Source: Gemmatimonadales bacterium
GTDB taxonomy: Bacteria > Gemmatimonadota > Gemmatimonadetes > Gemmatimonadales > Gemmatimonadaceae
Reading direction: 5' to 3'
Length of the DNA: 64,000 nt
Assembly: GCA_038250435.1 (NCBI GenBank)
Contig: JBBSCJ010000017.1
Span: forward strand, 3,450-67,449
Position numbers and translations under genes: made by a program. Under the pieces are notes generated by a model. The model was not told where the DNA came from. It saw only the letters and a list, made by a program, of their open reading frames with translations, and made no database searches. Positions 30,803-42,226 of the stretch are shown here, one piece after another (the stretch's first letter is position 1; each line of letters starts with the position of its first letter).

Positions 30803-32611
30803 TTACGGAACGATCAGGGCCGGGATAGTGACCACGACGCTCGAGGTGATGTTGCTCAGGCCTTGGACGCCGGCCAGCGCCTGGTTGACGGTCATTGTGG
30901 GCGTTACCGTGCCGCTGAAGCCGGTCGCGATGCTATACCGCAAGCGCATCAGCTGGAGGTTGCCTGGCAGCGTGAGTCCGGCAACACTGGTCAGGGCGAT
31001 TGTTTGGATGGTGTTCGCCGTGCCCGGGTTCGCGAAGCCGTTGACGAACAAGTCGAACGTTGGACCGCCATTCGCATCGGGCGGCGAGAGCAGGGTGCGG
31101 CCGACGCTGACGAGCTGCGTACCGTTGTAGCCCACGGCGATCACGATGCCGGCGAACTCGTCGGCGTTGGTGCCGTTGATCAGCGGATTGCCGGGCGCGC
31201 TCCCCATGTTGATCGCCACCGTGAGCTGTGCTTCACGGCCGGTGGTGCCGGTGTTGACGATCGCCCACGTGCCGGTGAGCGGGTACGTCACGGGCGGCGG
31301 CGGGCAATCGACGACGATGTTGCGCGTCGTGCCAGCCGTCGTGTGTCCCGTGTAGCTGTACGGGCTCTCGTTCACGCAGCCGGCCGGAAGGCCGGAGAGC
31401 GTGATGCCACCCATCGCCGGAATCGTCGGCACGCCCGTGCGGATGAAGCTGCCGTTGGCCGCCGTCGTAACCGTCGCGAGCGCCGCGCCGCCGGTCGGCG
31501 TGACCACCACGCTCACGTTGGCGAGCGCCAAGCCGCCCTGCTGCGCCGTGATCGTGCCGATCACGTTGCCGGTCGGGACGAGACACGTCACGACGAAATT
31601 GATCGCCAGCGAGGCCGCCGCCGGAACGGTCTGGTTCGCAAACGACGCCTGGTTGGCTGTGCAGCCAGAGGGCAGGTTGGAGATGGACACCGTGCGGTTC
31701 GCGCCCGAAGCCACGCCGCTGATCGAGTACGCGCCTGCCGGGTTGGAGCTACCCGAGAAACCGCCCGAGACGCTGATCAACGCGCCTGCGATCGGGCCGA
31801 TGTTTGACGTGACGGTGCCCGCCACCGTACCCGGGGCCGCCGTGACAGTCGGTACGAGATCGGCGGCGACGAGGATCCGCACGCGGAAGTCACCCACCGT
31901 CGGGTCGATGCTGAAGCCGACGCGCTGGTTTGCCGATGTGTTGAGCGGGGCGATCGGCGCGAACGGTTCGTAACGGAAGCAATCGTTCGCTGTGGCCGTG
32001 CAGCCGACGTCGTTGAAGAAGTTGTGGAAGTTGCCGTCGCCGATCGGCAGGTTGCCCCAGTCGCTGCTCGGCACCACGGCGCCGAAACGCGGCGAGACCA
32101 CGACGATTTCGTTGCCATTCGAGGTCACGCCACCCGACGTCGTCGTCACGCTGATCTCGAAGGGAAACGCCTGCACACCCGTGACGCCTGAGGGCGGCGT
32201 TGGAAACGTCGGAGTGCTGAGCTGCAGTCCGTCAAGCTTGTTCAGGATCTGCATGTCGAACGTGATGTTGACCTTCCCTGGCTCCACGGCGCCGACGGCG
32301 CTCGCCTGGAAGTTCGACGTCAGAATTTCGACGGCGTCGCCGCCGAGCAACGAGTACTGCACGTCGCCGCTGAGAAGGTTGGCGTTGACGGGACTGTTGA
32401 TGCTCGCGGACGGCGCGGTAACTCTGACCGTCTTCCTGGTGGCACTCACATCCATGATGAACGCGGCGCCGCGGAACTGCGACGGGATCGCCGGGTTGCC
32501 GGGCAGAATTGGTGCAACGAGGCTCGGGGTGCTGTCGCTCGCACACGCGCCGAGGAGGATAACGGAGGCCATCGCGGCGACGCGACGACCGAGGGCAGCA
32601 GAAAACCGCAT
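30803..32611 (-). CDS. secreted lipoprotein with CarbopepD_reg-like repeats and C-terminal cohesin-like domain
   Basis: ATG 32611. Lipobox LLGAC. The N-domain is paralogous to the 46129..46884 product. The C-terminal roughly 165 aa are paralogous to the C-terminus of the 33003..36053 product. Confidence 0.6.
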   Translation of the reverse strand: MRFSAALGRRVAAMASVILLGACASDSTPSLVAPILPGNPAIPSQFRGAAFIMDVSATRKTVRVTAPSASINSPVNANLLSGDVQYSLLGGDAVEILTSNFQASAVGAVEPGKVNITFDMQILNKLDGLQLSTPTFPTPPSGVTGVQAFPFEISVTTTSGGVTSNGNEIVVVSPRFGAVVPSSDWGNLPIGDGNFHNFFNDVGCTATANDCFRYEPFAPIAPLNTSANQRVGFSIDPTVGDFRVRILVAADLVPTVTAAPGTVAGTVTSNIGPIAGALISVSGGFSGSSNPAGAYSISGVASGANRTVSISNLPSGCTANQASFANQTVPAAASLAINFVVTCLVPTGNVIGTITAQQGGLALANVSVVVTPTGGAALATVTTAANGSFIRTGVPTIPAMGGITLSGLPAGCVNESPYSYTGHTTAGTTRNIVVDCPPPPVTYPLTGTWAIVNTGTTGREAQLTVAINMGSAPGNPLINGTNADEFAGIVIAVGYNGTQLVSVGRTLLSPPDANGGPTFDLFVNGFANPGTANTIQTIALTSVAGLTLPGNLQLMRLRYSIATGFSGTVTPTMTVNQALAGVQGLSNITSSVVVTIPALIVP

Positions 32612-33002
32612 GTTCAGAAACCTCTTCCGGAGGGGGAAGGCAAGAGGTCTGTTCCTGCTCGATCGTTCGGTAACCCGACCAGCATGGCGCAATGGAGGGA
32701 TGCCCTCCCTGACGGAGTCGAATCGAAAAACACCAAGGCGTCCGAAACGTGTACTCGTCAAAGTCGCGCGGTAGCTTCGTGGTTTTGCGTCACTGGCTTT
32801 CGCCGGTTTTGCTCTTGTCGTAGGCTCGCGCGGAAAGACCGTAGCGTGGTCCAGCGCGAGCATTATCGGGTCCTCGTGTCACGACTCAACCGACCGTGAT
32901 GTATCAATGGCCTGGGGCGGGGAGTTGTTACAGGTTCGGCCCCGCACGATTCTGCATTGCTCCGCCGGTGCGCCGTCGCGCCTTGCCGCATATCGGCTCA
33001 CA

Positions 33003-36000
33003 TCACGGCGGAATCACCAGAGGCGGCAGCGGTTGAACGACGACGCTCGAGGTCACGTCGATCGCCGGCGACGTGCCAGCGAGCGCTTGGGCGATCGTCA
33101 CCGACATCGGCACGGAGCCCGTCACTCCCGCTCTGATATTGAACGTGAGACGTACCAGCGAGAACGCGCCGCCCTTCAGTTGTGCCGACGTGCTTGCTAC
33201 CGCGACCGTCGTAATTCTCGTGACGCCCGTACCGTTCACGGTGCCCTGAACGCCAAGGTCGAATTCGTCAGGGGAGAGCAGCGTGCGGGATTGAAACACC
33301 AGCCTCGTGGAGTCGTACTCGAATCGAATGGCGATGGCAGCGAGCAGATCGGCGTCCGCTCCGGTAACATCGAGCCTCCCGGGCGCGCCGCCCATATCAA
33401 TTGCTACGGTGAGTGTGACCTGACGGCCGGTGGGACCGGTGCTGGTAATAGCCCCGAATGTGGAAGTCAGCGGATATGTTTGCGCTGCGGCCACGCAATT
33501 CAGCGCCACGTCACGAGTGATCGTACCGCCAGCGGTGATTCCAGCGTACGATAAATTCGACGGCGCGGTACACCCGTTCGGGAGATTGCCAAGGGTAAGC
33601 GACCCGCCACCAGCGGGGACGTTCGCAACGGAATAGACGCCGGTGCTGATCGTGCTCACCGCCGGAAGCGCGGTGCCGCCGCTCGGTATGACCGTTACGC
33701 CGACCCCGGCCGCATCACCGCCGGTGCTTCGTGTGATCCGCCCGGTCAGTGTGCCCGTGGTCGACGCCGCACACGTCACCGAGATGTTCACCAGGAGCGA
33801 GGCGTTCGCGGAAAGACCGATGTAGGGCTGTGGCGCAGGAGTGGCGCAGCCAGCCGGCAGGTCGGTCACGGTCAGAGTGCCCGTGCCGGCGTTTCCGCCC
33901 GATCCCACCGGCACGCTTGCGATCGCATACCCACCATCGGTCGTCGTTTGAACCGGTGCCACGGCAACCCCTCCACTCGGCAGCGCGGTGACCCGCACGA
34001 AACCGATGCCGGAGCCGTCGCCGGCCCGTGTTACGCGCCCCTGCAACGAGCCGTTACCACTGCCGTTACCGTTCGTACAGGTGACGATGAAGTTCGCGGT
34101 TGTCGTGGCGCCCGCCGATACGGTGACCGTTTGCGCAGCCGGCACGGTGCAGCCCGCCGGAACACCGCTGACCGTCAGCGTCCGCACGCCAGCGGGCACA
34201 TTGGTGAGGGTGTAATTGCCACCGCCGCCAGTCGTCGCAGCGGCACCACCCGTGAGGCTCACCGTGGTGCCGGAAATCCCACCACCGAGTGACGACGTAA
34301 CGCTGCCGGTGACACTTCCCGCAGTCGGTGCTGGCACCGTGATCACTACCTGTTGGTCTCGGCTCGCGGTAGCGCCTTGGTTATCCGTCACGGTCAACCG
34401 CACGATGAACGTTCCGGCTGCGCTGTACGAGTTCGCAACCGTTGCACCCGCGCGGGTCTGGCCGTCGCCGAAGTTCCACGCGTACGAGGCGATGGAGCCG
34501 TCGGGGTCGGTCGATTGGGCTCCGGAGAACGCGAGCGATGTCCCCACCACTCCCGTGGTCGGCCCGGTTATCACCGCCGTGGGAGGCTGATTTGCACCGC
34601 CACCGTTTGCGTTGATGGTGAGGGTGCCCTCCACCACGCGTGTCTGCGCGGTGAGGCGTTGCTGCGAATCGGAGAGCAGGTCGGTTACGGTCGTCGCGGT
34701 GCTTACCAGCGCTCCCGCCGCGCCTACCACCGTGAACCAACTGCGAATCACCGCGATATCGCCGCCGAGCGGGTCGCTATCCACCTGTATCGCTGCCACG
34801 ATCAGAATTCCCGGCTGCGGTTGATTGTTGGCGGTGATGTCGAACGCGCGGGTCGTCCGTGCGCTGTCGAAGCGAACCACGCGGTTATCGAAGAACGTGG
34901 TCGCACTGACACCTGACACGAGAACCGCTGGCCTGGCTCGCAGGTCAACCGATGTCAGCAGCGAAACCCTGTCTCCCGGACGCGCCGACGACGCTGACCA
35001 TGTCTGTCGCACGACGAAGGGGCGAGCCGCCGTATCCACTGGCACTGCCGGCCGCCGACAGGTGAGCGTGAACGGCACGGTATCCACGGCCAGCGCCCGC
35101 GGCTGCAACATGCGCCGGCGCTCGCCCTCGAGAACGCACGGCGCCTCGATATCACTGATGACTACCTCATAATCGCCCGGCCTGAGGTCATCGAAGCGCG
35201 TCGCGGCTTCGGCGCCCAACAACGTTCTGGATTGAAAGAACACGCGCTCGTTCGCCGGGGTGCCGGCCTCCCGGATGATACCGGACACAGTGATCACGAC
35301 TCCGTCTGCGTCGAGCGTATCCCCCGACGTGCGCACGGTCGCTACGATGCTCGCCTTCTGCGGATCCCGACAGCTGATGCTGAACGTCACGTTGCCGACG
35401 GTATTGAGCCCTTCGTCCGTCACCTGCGCCGTCTTCATCGTATCGCCGAGCGTGGTGGGGTTGCAGTTGATCGCGAGGCCGCGTAACACCACGGAATAAC
35501 TTCCTCTCGGCAAGGGCGAGACGAGCCGTTGCCCATTGATCGGCACGTTGAACGACGTGGTATCGCGCGGACCGCGCACGGAAACCACGAACCCGTCCGC
35601 ATCGGCCGACGACGGCGTGACAAAAGTGGTCGTCGTGCGAACGAGCACGCCCGGCTCGGCCGCCGTTCTGGCACCAGCGACATTGGAGAGGGCGGAACGC
35701 GCGCCGAATCGGTCCAGCGCCCGCACGCGATAGCCGTAAAAATGATCGGGTTCGACGCTGCTGTCGAAATAAGTCACCAACGCCGCGCCGTCACTGCGTA
35801 CCGCATCGGACAACGTCTCGAACGGGCCAACGAAGTCGCGCCGGCGCTGGATCTCGTACGAGGTGACATCCCCGTCGTCTGGCGGCGCCCAGGTGACACG
35901 CACCGCAGTGCGGCCGAGCGCCGTAGCGACCACTCGCGTAGGCGCGGCGATGCCGCTTGGTTCGCTTGCATTCGTGCAGCCGGACGCCAGTAGCAGCAGC

Positions 36001-36053
36001 ATGCCGTAGCGCAGCCCGCATCGTAGCGTAGGGAGGCGAAGATCAGCGCGCAA
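33003..36053 (-). CDS. large secreted lipoprotein with FN3-like, PKD and CarbopepD_reg-like repeats and C-terminal cohesin-like domain
   Basis: Lipobox LLASGC. PKD signature SLAFSGAQSTDPDGSIASYAWNFGDGQT...YSAAGTFIVRLTVTDNQGA. Start overlaps the TBDR stop by 11 nt (alternative ATG at 36002). Confidence 0.7.
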   Translation of the reverse strand: MRADLRLPTLRCGLRYGMLLLLASGCTNASEPSGIAAPTRVVATALGRTAVRVTWAPPDDGDVTSYEIQRRRDFVGPFETLSDAVRSDGAALVTYFDSSVEPDHFYGYRVRALDRFGARSALSNVAGARTAAEPGVLVRTTTTFVTPSSADADGFVVSVRGPRDTTSFNVPINGQRLVSPLPRGSYSVVLRGLAINCNPTTLGDTMKTAQVTDEGLNTVGNVTFSISCRDPQKASIVATVRTSGDTLDADGVVITVSGIIREAGTPANERVFFQSRTLLGAEAATRFDDLRPGDYEVVISDIEAPCVLEGERRRMLQPRALAVDTVPFTLTCRRPAVPVDTAARPFVVRQTWSASSARPGDRVSLLTSVDLRARPAVLVSGVSATTFFDNRVVRFDSARTTRAFDITANNQPQPGILIVAAIQVDSDPLGGDIAVIRSWFTVVGAAGALVSTATTVTDLLSDSQQRLTAQTRVVEGTLTINANGGGANQPPTAVITGPTTGVVGTSLAFSGAQSTDPDGSIASYAWNFGDGQTRAGATVANSYSAAGTFIVRLTVTDNQGATASRDQQVVITVPAPTAGSVTGSVTSSLGGGISGTTVSLTGGAAATTGGGGNYTLTNVPAGVRTLTVSGVPAGCTVPAAQTVTVSAGATTTANFIVTCTNGNGSGNGSLQGRVTRAGDGSGIGFVRVTALPSGGVAVAPVQTTTDGGYAIASVPVGSGGNAGTGTLTVTDLPAGCATPAPQPYIGLSANASLLVNISVTCAASTTGTLTGRITRSTGGDAAGVGVTVIPSGGTALPAVSTISTGVYSVANVPAGGGSLTLGNLPNGCTAPSNLSYAGITAGGTITRDVALNCVAAAQTYPLTSTFGAITSTGPTGRQVTLTVAIDMGGAPGRLDVTGADADLLAAIAIRFEYDSTRLVFQSRTLLSPDEFDLGVQGTVNGTGVTRITTVAVASTSAQLKGGAFSLVRLTFNIRAGVTGSVPMSVTIAQALAGTSPAIDVTSSVVVQPLPPLVIPP

Positions 36054-38934
36054 AGCTCACCCCCACCGAATACGTCGTTCCCGGAATCGCCCGCCCGGTG
36101 AGGTCGTTGCCGATGTCCACCGACTGTTGAAACTGAATACTGGCGTTGGTCAGATTTCGTGCGGACAGCGACAGCGTGGTGCCGCGTCCGATGGTGAACT
36201 GCCCCTTGGCATCGAGCGTGCCTCGGCCGCGCTCGACGATGTTCGGACCCTGGTCGGAGCCTCCGGAGGCAAAACCGTATCGCACGACGCGGTCGGCGAA
36301 GCGATTGTACAGCACGGACGAATTCACACGACCGTTTTTCGAACGCCAGGAGAGGTTGCCATTCACGAGGTAGGGCGACTGCCCCTCGAGGTCGAGACCC
36401 GGCTCGAATCGTCCGAACGCCGCCGGGATGATAACGCTCGAGCGCACGACCGTGAGGTTCGTGCTCACCGACAGACGCTCGAGGAGCCCCGGGAGGAAGG
36501 TGAGATCCTTCCGCACTTCCAGTTCACCGCCGAAGTTCGTGGCCGACTCGCCGTTGAGGTATCCGAAGGTGCACCCGTTACGTCCACTCACCGCGCGCAG
36601 GATCGGATCTTCGAAGTATTTGTAGAAGCCGCTCACGGAGAACACCTCCCCGGGACGTGGATACCATTCAAGCCGCGAATCACCGTTGTAAATCACGCCG
36701 CGCTGCAAATCCGGGTTGCCGATCGTGCCGCAGGAACCGGCAACCTCGGTGTACTCGTCACGAGAGAGCTCACGGGTGTCGGGCCGCGAAACACTTTTGA
36801 ACGCCGCCAATCGCAGGTTGATGCGCTCTGTCAGCGCGACGGTGAGATTCGCTGAGGGGAGGAGGTCGTTGACCCGACGTATCGTGGGCGGACGCGAGGT
36901 GTCCTGAGCGGCGAGCGCGCGACCACCGTCGAACAGGTCGATCGACCAGTTCTCCATCCGCGCACCAACCACCAATCGGATGCGCGACGCCACCGTCAGG
37001 TCGACCAGGCCATAAGCGGCCGAGACATCATCGCTGGCGTCGTAAGGCTGCGCGCTGCCGCCCGGGAAGCCCACACGCACCCACGTGCCGAGGTTCTCCG
37101 GCGTAAACAGCAGCTGCGGTGGCAGGAATTGCAGGTCGGCGGGCGGCTCTGAAAGGTTGTCGATATTGAAGGAGCCAAGAAAGGCCGAGAACACGCGCCG
37201 CTTCTGGCGCACCGCCCCACCGAACTTGAAGGTGGCCGGTATCGACAGCAGCCGAGTGGGCAACTGCCAATCCGCCTGCAGGCTGCGCTGCCGGTCATTG
37301 AGCACGCGAAACCAGAAGTCGGTGTTGAAGTTCAGCCCGAAGCGTCCATCGCCTGCCGCCTGGACGTACTCGGCCTGACGGTTATCCGGCTCATTACGAG
37401 CGGATTGGCTCAGTGTGGCCCGCCATTCCAACCTGGAGTTCGCCAGCCACCCCAGCAAATGCTCGCCACTCAACTGGGACTGCTGCAGCGATCGCTCAAC
37501 GTACGATGCCTGGAAATTGCGCAGATTGCCGTTGCGGTCTTCGTTGAATCCCTCATTCGTGCTGAACAGCTCTTCGGCGTTGCGCGTGTACAGGTTCTTC
37601 AGGCTGAGCTTGTTGGACGCTCCCAGGCGCAAGGAGACGTTGGCCACACCGCCCCAGTCCACGGTATTCCGATGGTCTTGATAAACGAAGTCGCGCTGCG
37701 CGTTTTCGGTGTTGAGGTAATACCGAAAGAGGCGATCCTGCGAAAAATCCTGCCCCGACGAGTACGTCAGCGAGAGCACGTAACCGAGGGCAAATCGTTC
37801 AGACGGTCGTTGATTGCCCAACGTGAAACCAAGGCCGAGATTCGGCAGCGCCCGCGCCGGTGTCGGATTCCAGGCGCTGCGCACACCCTCGGCGAAACGC
37901 TCCTGCGAAGACGGATCTCCCGTGAGTGTGCTACGGGACGGCGGCGCGCGATAGCCGCGGTCGAAGCCCAGGAAGTCCACCGCTCGCCGCTCTGGAAAGG
38001 GCAGCGTGCGGCCGGTCGTCTGACTGTTGAATCCTTGCGAGAAGCTGAACTGCCGAATGGCGTTGTCGGGAAATTCTTTCGTCTTGATTTCCACGGCGCC
38101 ACCGGAAAAATCGCCGGGCTTGTCGGGGGTCGCAGACTTGGTCACCACGATCGATTCGAGCAGACTCGCGGGAAACACGTCAAGCGGCACGAGTTTCTTG
38201 GAAGGCTCGGGGCTTGGCACTTCGGCCCCGTTCAGCAACGTCGTGCTGTAGCGCTCAGAGAGCCCGCGCGCGACGAGGAATTTGCCATCGACGATGGACA
38301 CACCACTCACGCGCGTTGCCGCTTCTCCGGCGTTGGAGTCGGGGGTCTTCTTGATCTGCTCAGCGCTGATGCCGTCCGACGCGGCGGCGGCCTTCTGTTG
38401 CGCCGAAAGCAGACTGGCCTCACTCGCGCTCCGATCGCTCGCCTCGGCGCGAATCACCACCGACTGTAGTCCGACAGCCGCCGTACCGATGCTGAAGTTC
38501 ACGATGGTGGCGTCCGAGCCGCTCACCGCTACGCGGTCGAACTGCTTGGGTTGATAGCCCAAACGACGGGCCTGAATCGCATAGGTACCAAGCGGCACGT
38601 TCAGAATGTTGTATCGACCATCCAGATCGGTGCGCGCGCCAAGTGTCGTTCCGGTGACCGTCACCTGGACATCGGCGAGCCCCAGCCCGCTGGCGGCGTC
38701 GACGACCCGACCGGTGATGCGGCTGCGACGAGCGGCGGGTTGGGTGGTCGGCTGGGTCGAGGGTGTCGGTGCCGGCGGCGACGCCGGCGAAGGAGCGGGC
38801 GGCCGTCGCACCGGGAGGGTCTGGCCGAGCAGCGGTGAGGCGTACAGAGAACCGAGCATGCCGAGCGCCATGACCCACGCACGCCCTGATGACGCGACCG
38901 TGCGCAAGTGACGGCTTGAAACCCTGGCGTTCAT
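36043..38934 (-). CDS. TonB-dependent receptor (CarbopepD_reg + plug + barrel) embedded in the surface-protein operon
   Basis: GRVVDAASGLGLADVQVTVTGT N-domain, plug (AGEAATRVSGVSIVDGKFLVARGLSERY), long barrel. ATGA overlap with the upstream gene. Confidence 0.85.
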   Translation of the reverse strand: MNARVSSRHLRTVASSGRAWVMALGMLGSLYASPLLGQTLPVRRPPAPSPASPPAPTPSTQPTTQPAARRSRITGRVVDAASGLGLADVQVTVTGTTLGARTDLDGRYNILNVPLGTYAIQARRLGYQPKQFDRVAVSGSDATIVNFSIGTAAVGLQSVVIRAEASDRSASEASLLSAQQKAAAASDGISAEQIKKTPDSNAGEAATRVSGVSIVDGKFLVARGLSERYSTTLLNGAEVPSPEPSKKLVPLDVFPASLLESIVVTKSATPDKPGDFSGGAVEIKTKEFPDNAIRQFSFSQGFNSQTTGRTLPFPERRAVDFLGFDRGYRAPPSRSTLTGDPSSQERFAEGVRSAWNPTPARALPNLGLGFTLGNQRPSERFALGYVLSLTYSSGQDFSQDRLFRYYLNTENAQRDFVYQDHRNTVDWGGVANVSLRLGASNKLSLKNLYTRNAEELFSTNEGFNEDRNGNLRNFQASYVERSLQQSQLSGEHLLGWLANSRLEWRATLSQSARNEPDNRQAEYVQAAGDGRFGLNFNTDFWFRVLNDRQRSLQADWQLPTRLLSIPATFKFGGAVRQKRRVFSAFLGSFNIDNLSEPPADLQFLPPQLLFTPENLGTWVRVGFPGGSAQPYDASDDVSAAYGLVDLTVASRIRLVVGARMENWSIDLFDGGRALAAQDTSRPPTIRRVNDLLPSANLTVALTERINLRLAAFKSVSRPDTRELSRDEYTEVAGSCGTIGNPDLQRGVIYNGDSRLEWYPRPGEVFSVSGFYKYFEDPILRAVSGRNGCTFGYLNGESATNFGGELEVRKDLTFLPGLLERLSVSTNLTVVRSSVIIPAAFGRFEPGLDLEGQSPYLVNGNLSWRSKNGRVNSSVLYNRFADRVVRYGFASGGSDQGPNIVERGRGTLDAKGQFTIGRGTTLSLSARNLTNASIQFQQSVDIGNDLTGRAIPGTTYSVGVSFAR

Positions 38935-41900
38935 GGTGTCACCACGCGCGTGACCAAGCCGTCGCCCGCCGCGTTAACGCCGATGGCTACAAAGCTTCCA
39001 CTCCCCAGCCCGCCGAAATCCCAGGTCCACACTCGGCGCAACCCGTTGTCGACGCCCACTGGCGCGTTCACTTCGCCAATAACCCGCCACGCTTGCGTGT
39101 TGACGATGAGCGCGGTGTTCTCCAGTCGCGCAATGATTACGCGGGAGAACGGCGGGGCGATCTGCGCCGACGGACCCATGGCTTCGAATCGCAGGCCGCT
39201 GGTGCCGGCGCGCCTCCATGTCTGCACTTCGAGCGGCGTGCCCGCATTGCCAGCGTACACCGGGAAGCTCGACGCCGATTGGACCGAACCAGGCACGATG
39301 GTGATGTTCGCCGGCAGTGTCGACGGTGCGCCCCCGAACGCGAAGTCGGTGACCCAGGCGTTGGCCGCGTTGGGCTTTACCGTAACCAGCGCACCCGTCG
39401 GCGGACGATCGAGCGAATCGACCAATTCCGTTGAGCGAATGAAGCGCGCGATCGTGAAGGCGCTATGCGTGCCCGCGATGGGCGACGTCAACAGCGTATC
39501 GAAGGCGACGCCAATCGTCGTGGCCCCGCCAAACGGCGTGCCGTAAGCGAGCATCTGGCTGGCGCCGGGGAGGTTGGGGTACTGCACCAGCAACCCGCCG
39601 GTTCGCAGTTCGATGTTGTCGGTCGCGAGAGCCACGAACGCGGCCGGCTCATTCCCTCTGAAGACGCCGCTCACGCCGAGTCCCGTCATCGCCGGTGCCG
39701 ACGCGTCGGTGCCAAGGTCGATCAGCGCCTTCCGGGTGCGCGGGACACTCACGTTGCCGGCCCGGTCCTGCGCGGTCGCCGCAAAGAGGTAGTAGCCTTC
39801 CACGCCCGTGCCGTCGTCGACCAGCACAGAGGTGCGGCGAAAGTCGTCCGGTAGCACCGTATCGAAATCGCGGAAGACCGGAGTGCACGCCGCACCCGTG
39901 CCGATGACACATGTGAACGTGCCGGTGAAGCTGTTGGCGGGGCTGGGCTGCGCAAATCGGCGCAAGGTGACACCCACACGTCCGGACGGTAGCCCGGAGC
40001 GGTCATCGATCGCTTCGACGGCGAAGGCGCGATGGCCGGCACCACCGGAAAACGAGTTGAAGATCGAATCCGCGTTGGTTGTGATCAACGTGCGGCCGTT
40101 GAGCGTCCCCGTTGAGAATCGCAGCGTCGGCAATTGCAGATCGACGCCAAAGCGCGTGCCGCGGTGCTCTCCGGCGCCGGTCAGCGTTATCACCCGCTCA
40201 TTACCCAGTCGATCGGCGTAGCTGGCAAAGAGCTGATACGACAGGTTGGAGTTCGAGGAAGTGAGACTGGCGCCGGTCGTGACCTCCGTCGTGTCTGGCA
40301 GGCCGTTGCCGATGGCGCGGAAGGACACGCCGGCCGACTGGGCAGACATCGGTACGGGACCATTCAGGCCCACGCCGAGATCCTGCGTGAGGTTCTGAAG
40401 CCCGGACGCAAACGGATAGCTCCCGTTGATCCAGTTGTTGGAGTTGCCGCGGTCGCTCGTGAGCACCAGCGTGGCGGGCGGCGGGGGCGCGTTGTCCACC
40501 CGGATCCCCTCGAGGCGACCACCGGTTGTGAACGAGGGCTGAACATTCATGATGCCCCCACCCGAGCCGCTGGCAAGCGCGGGCACCAACGGCATCAGGT
40601 TGCCCGCAGCGTCGGACGCCTGCATCGCGGGGAGCTCGCCATTGACATAGCCCTCGCCGGCGATGGGACTCACGTAATTGGGCGGCAGCCGAAGAGTATC
40701 GATGGACACGCCGGTGACGGTCGACGTCACCGCGGCGATGGGCGCGGTGCCGGGGAATGAAATCGTCCGGGCGCCGAGCACGCGGTTCGAGTACAGCACG
40801 GGAGTGGTGGTGAACACCAGCCCGCGACCCGCTTGCACCCAACGGCGACCAGCCGGATCGAGCGCGCTGGACGTGATGGTATTCGCGAGTGGCCGCACCT
40901 GCATCACGAACCCGTTCACATTATTCAAATTTCCGATCACGGCGCTCGACGCCGATTGCTGCGTGGTACCGGCGGGGGTGATGTCCACCGCGACCGCCCT
41001 GATCGTAGTCGCGCCGTTGCGAAAGAACACCGTGCCAAGGCCAGCGTCGAAGGCATCGGTCCGGAAGCTCTGCACGACAACCGCCGCACTGACGGAACCA
41101 TTGACGCCGGTCGCGAAAGCCAGCGCCGCCTGGGCCGGGGTGAAGGTTTGCGATGCGACAACGGTGTCGCGCCCGTTGTTCGTCACCACGAGATCCAGTC
41201 GGGAAAGCGTGGCCTCGCCGGGCTCGAGGTTGACGAGCACGTCGAGCTGCCCATGCACGTTGTTGAGATCCACCGGCAAGTTGGTGCTACGACTCGTGAC
41301 CGCCTGAATGCTTACGCGCGCGCCGGTGGGCGCTCGCACCGAGATCGGCACGCTGGTTTGCACACTGGTGTCGACAACGCTTCGCACCGTCAACCGTGCC
41401 GAGCCGAGGGCCACTCCCGTGAGCAGACCGTCGGCCGATACCGTCGCCACCGCAGCATTGTCCACGCTGTAGCGCACCGCGCGGCTGATGCCGGGATCGG
41501 CGGTGATCGTGGCCGTTACGGGCTGCCGCTGTCCAGGCAGAAGCGCGACCACCGCCGGCGATGCCGAGATGGCGCTGACGCCGTTGTACGGGGGCAGGAC
41601 CATCACCGGAATGACGCTGGAGAACTCGGGATCGGCGTCGCTCTGCACGATAATGACCGCCGGACCCACTGAGACGCCGCGGACGATGCCTGAAGGCGTC
41701 ACGGAAACGCGACGCGGGTCGGACGATTGCCAGGTAAGGGCCCGGTTGGCGCCGGAGTCGGCAGACATCCTGGCCACCATCACGAGGTCCTCGTCCACGC
41801 GCACCGTCGCAGGATTCGGGAACACCTCGAGCAGGCGAATGCGCGGCTGTTCGGGAGCGACAACCTTGTCGTCGCAAGCCTGTAGCAGCACGGTACCTCC

Positions 41901-41945
41901 GAGCGCGATGGCGGCGCGGGTCAACAGGCGAAAGAGCGTGGTCAC
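38931..41945 (-). CDS. large lipoprotein with bacterial Ig-like (Big_2) domains
   Basis: GTG 41945 preceded by GGAG. Lipobox LLQAC. Big_2-like repeats (e.g. LTWQSSDPRRVSVTPSGIVRGVSVGPAVIIV; AVRYSVDNAAVATVSADGLLTGVALGSARLTV). Confidence 0.65.
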   Translation of the reverse strand: MTTLFRLLTRAAIALGGTVLLQACDDKVVAPEQPRIRLLEVFPNPATVRVDEDLVMVARMSADSGANRALTWQSSDPRRVSVTPSGIVRGVSVGPAVIIVQSDADPEFSSVIPVMVLPPYNGVSAISASPAVVALLPGQRQPVTATITADPGISRAVRYSVDNAAVATVSADGLLTGVALGSARLTVRSVVDTSVQTSVPISVRAPTGARVSIQAVTSRSTNLPVDLNNVHGQLDVLVNLEPGEATLSRLDLVVTNNGRDTVVASQTFTPAQAALAFATGVNGSVSAAVVVQSFRTDAFDAGLGTVFFRNGATTIRAVAVDITPAGTTQQSASSAVIGNLNNVNGFVMQVRPLANTITSSALDPAGRRWVQAGRGLVFTTTPVLYSNRVLGARTISFPGTAPIAAVTSTVTGVSIDTLRLPPNYVSPIAGEGYVNGELPAMQASDAAGNLMPLVPALASGSGGGIMNVQPSFTTGGRLEGIRVDNAPPPPATLVLTSDRGNSNNWINGSYPFASGLQNLTQDLGVGLNGPVPMSAQSAGVSFRAIGNGLPDTTEVTTGASLTSSNSNLSYQLFASYADRLGNERVITLTGAGEHRGTRFGVDLQLPTLRFSTGTLNGRTLITTNADSIFNSFSGGAGHRAFAVEAIDDRSGLPSGRVGVTLRRFAQPSPANSFTGTFTCVIGTGAACTPVFRDFDTVLPDDFRRTSVLVDDGTGVEGYYLFAATAQDRAGNVSVPRTRKALIDLGTDASAPAMTGLGVSGVFRGNEPAAFVALATDNIELRTGGLLVQYPNLPGASQMLAYGTPFGGATTIGVAFDTLLTSPIAGTHSAFTIARFIRSTELVDSLDRPPTGALVTVKPNAANAWVTDFAFGGAPSTLPANITIVPGSVQSASSFPVYAGNAGTPLEVQTWRRAGTSGLRFEAMGPSAQIAPPFSRVIIARLENTALIVNTQAWRVIGEVNAPVGVDNGLRRVWTWDFGGLGSGSFVAIGVNAAGDGLVTRVVTP

Positions 41946-42226
41946 GGCTGATAGCTCCAAAGGATGGCACGCCACGCGAGATGGAAGGCGGCGTCTGCCG
42001 CGCAACTCCTGGTCGCGGGCTGCGAATGCGCAAGCGAGTCGAATGTGCTCGCGCATCGGGAGCCCTGCCAAGACGCCGCGAAGCCGGTCCGTCGATTGTT
42101 GCGCTATCGAGACCGCGCGTTGACGTAACCAGACCCGGCGCTCCTCGAAACACACGGCATGCTTCGGTACCGAACCAAGCGAGTCGTTCGGAAGGACAAC
42201 CACGCGGACCGCCGTGTCGTGCACGC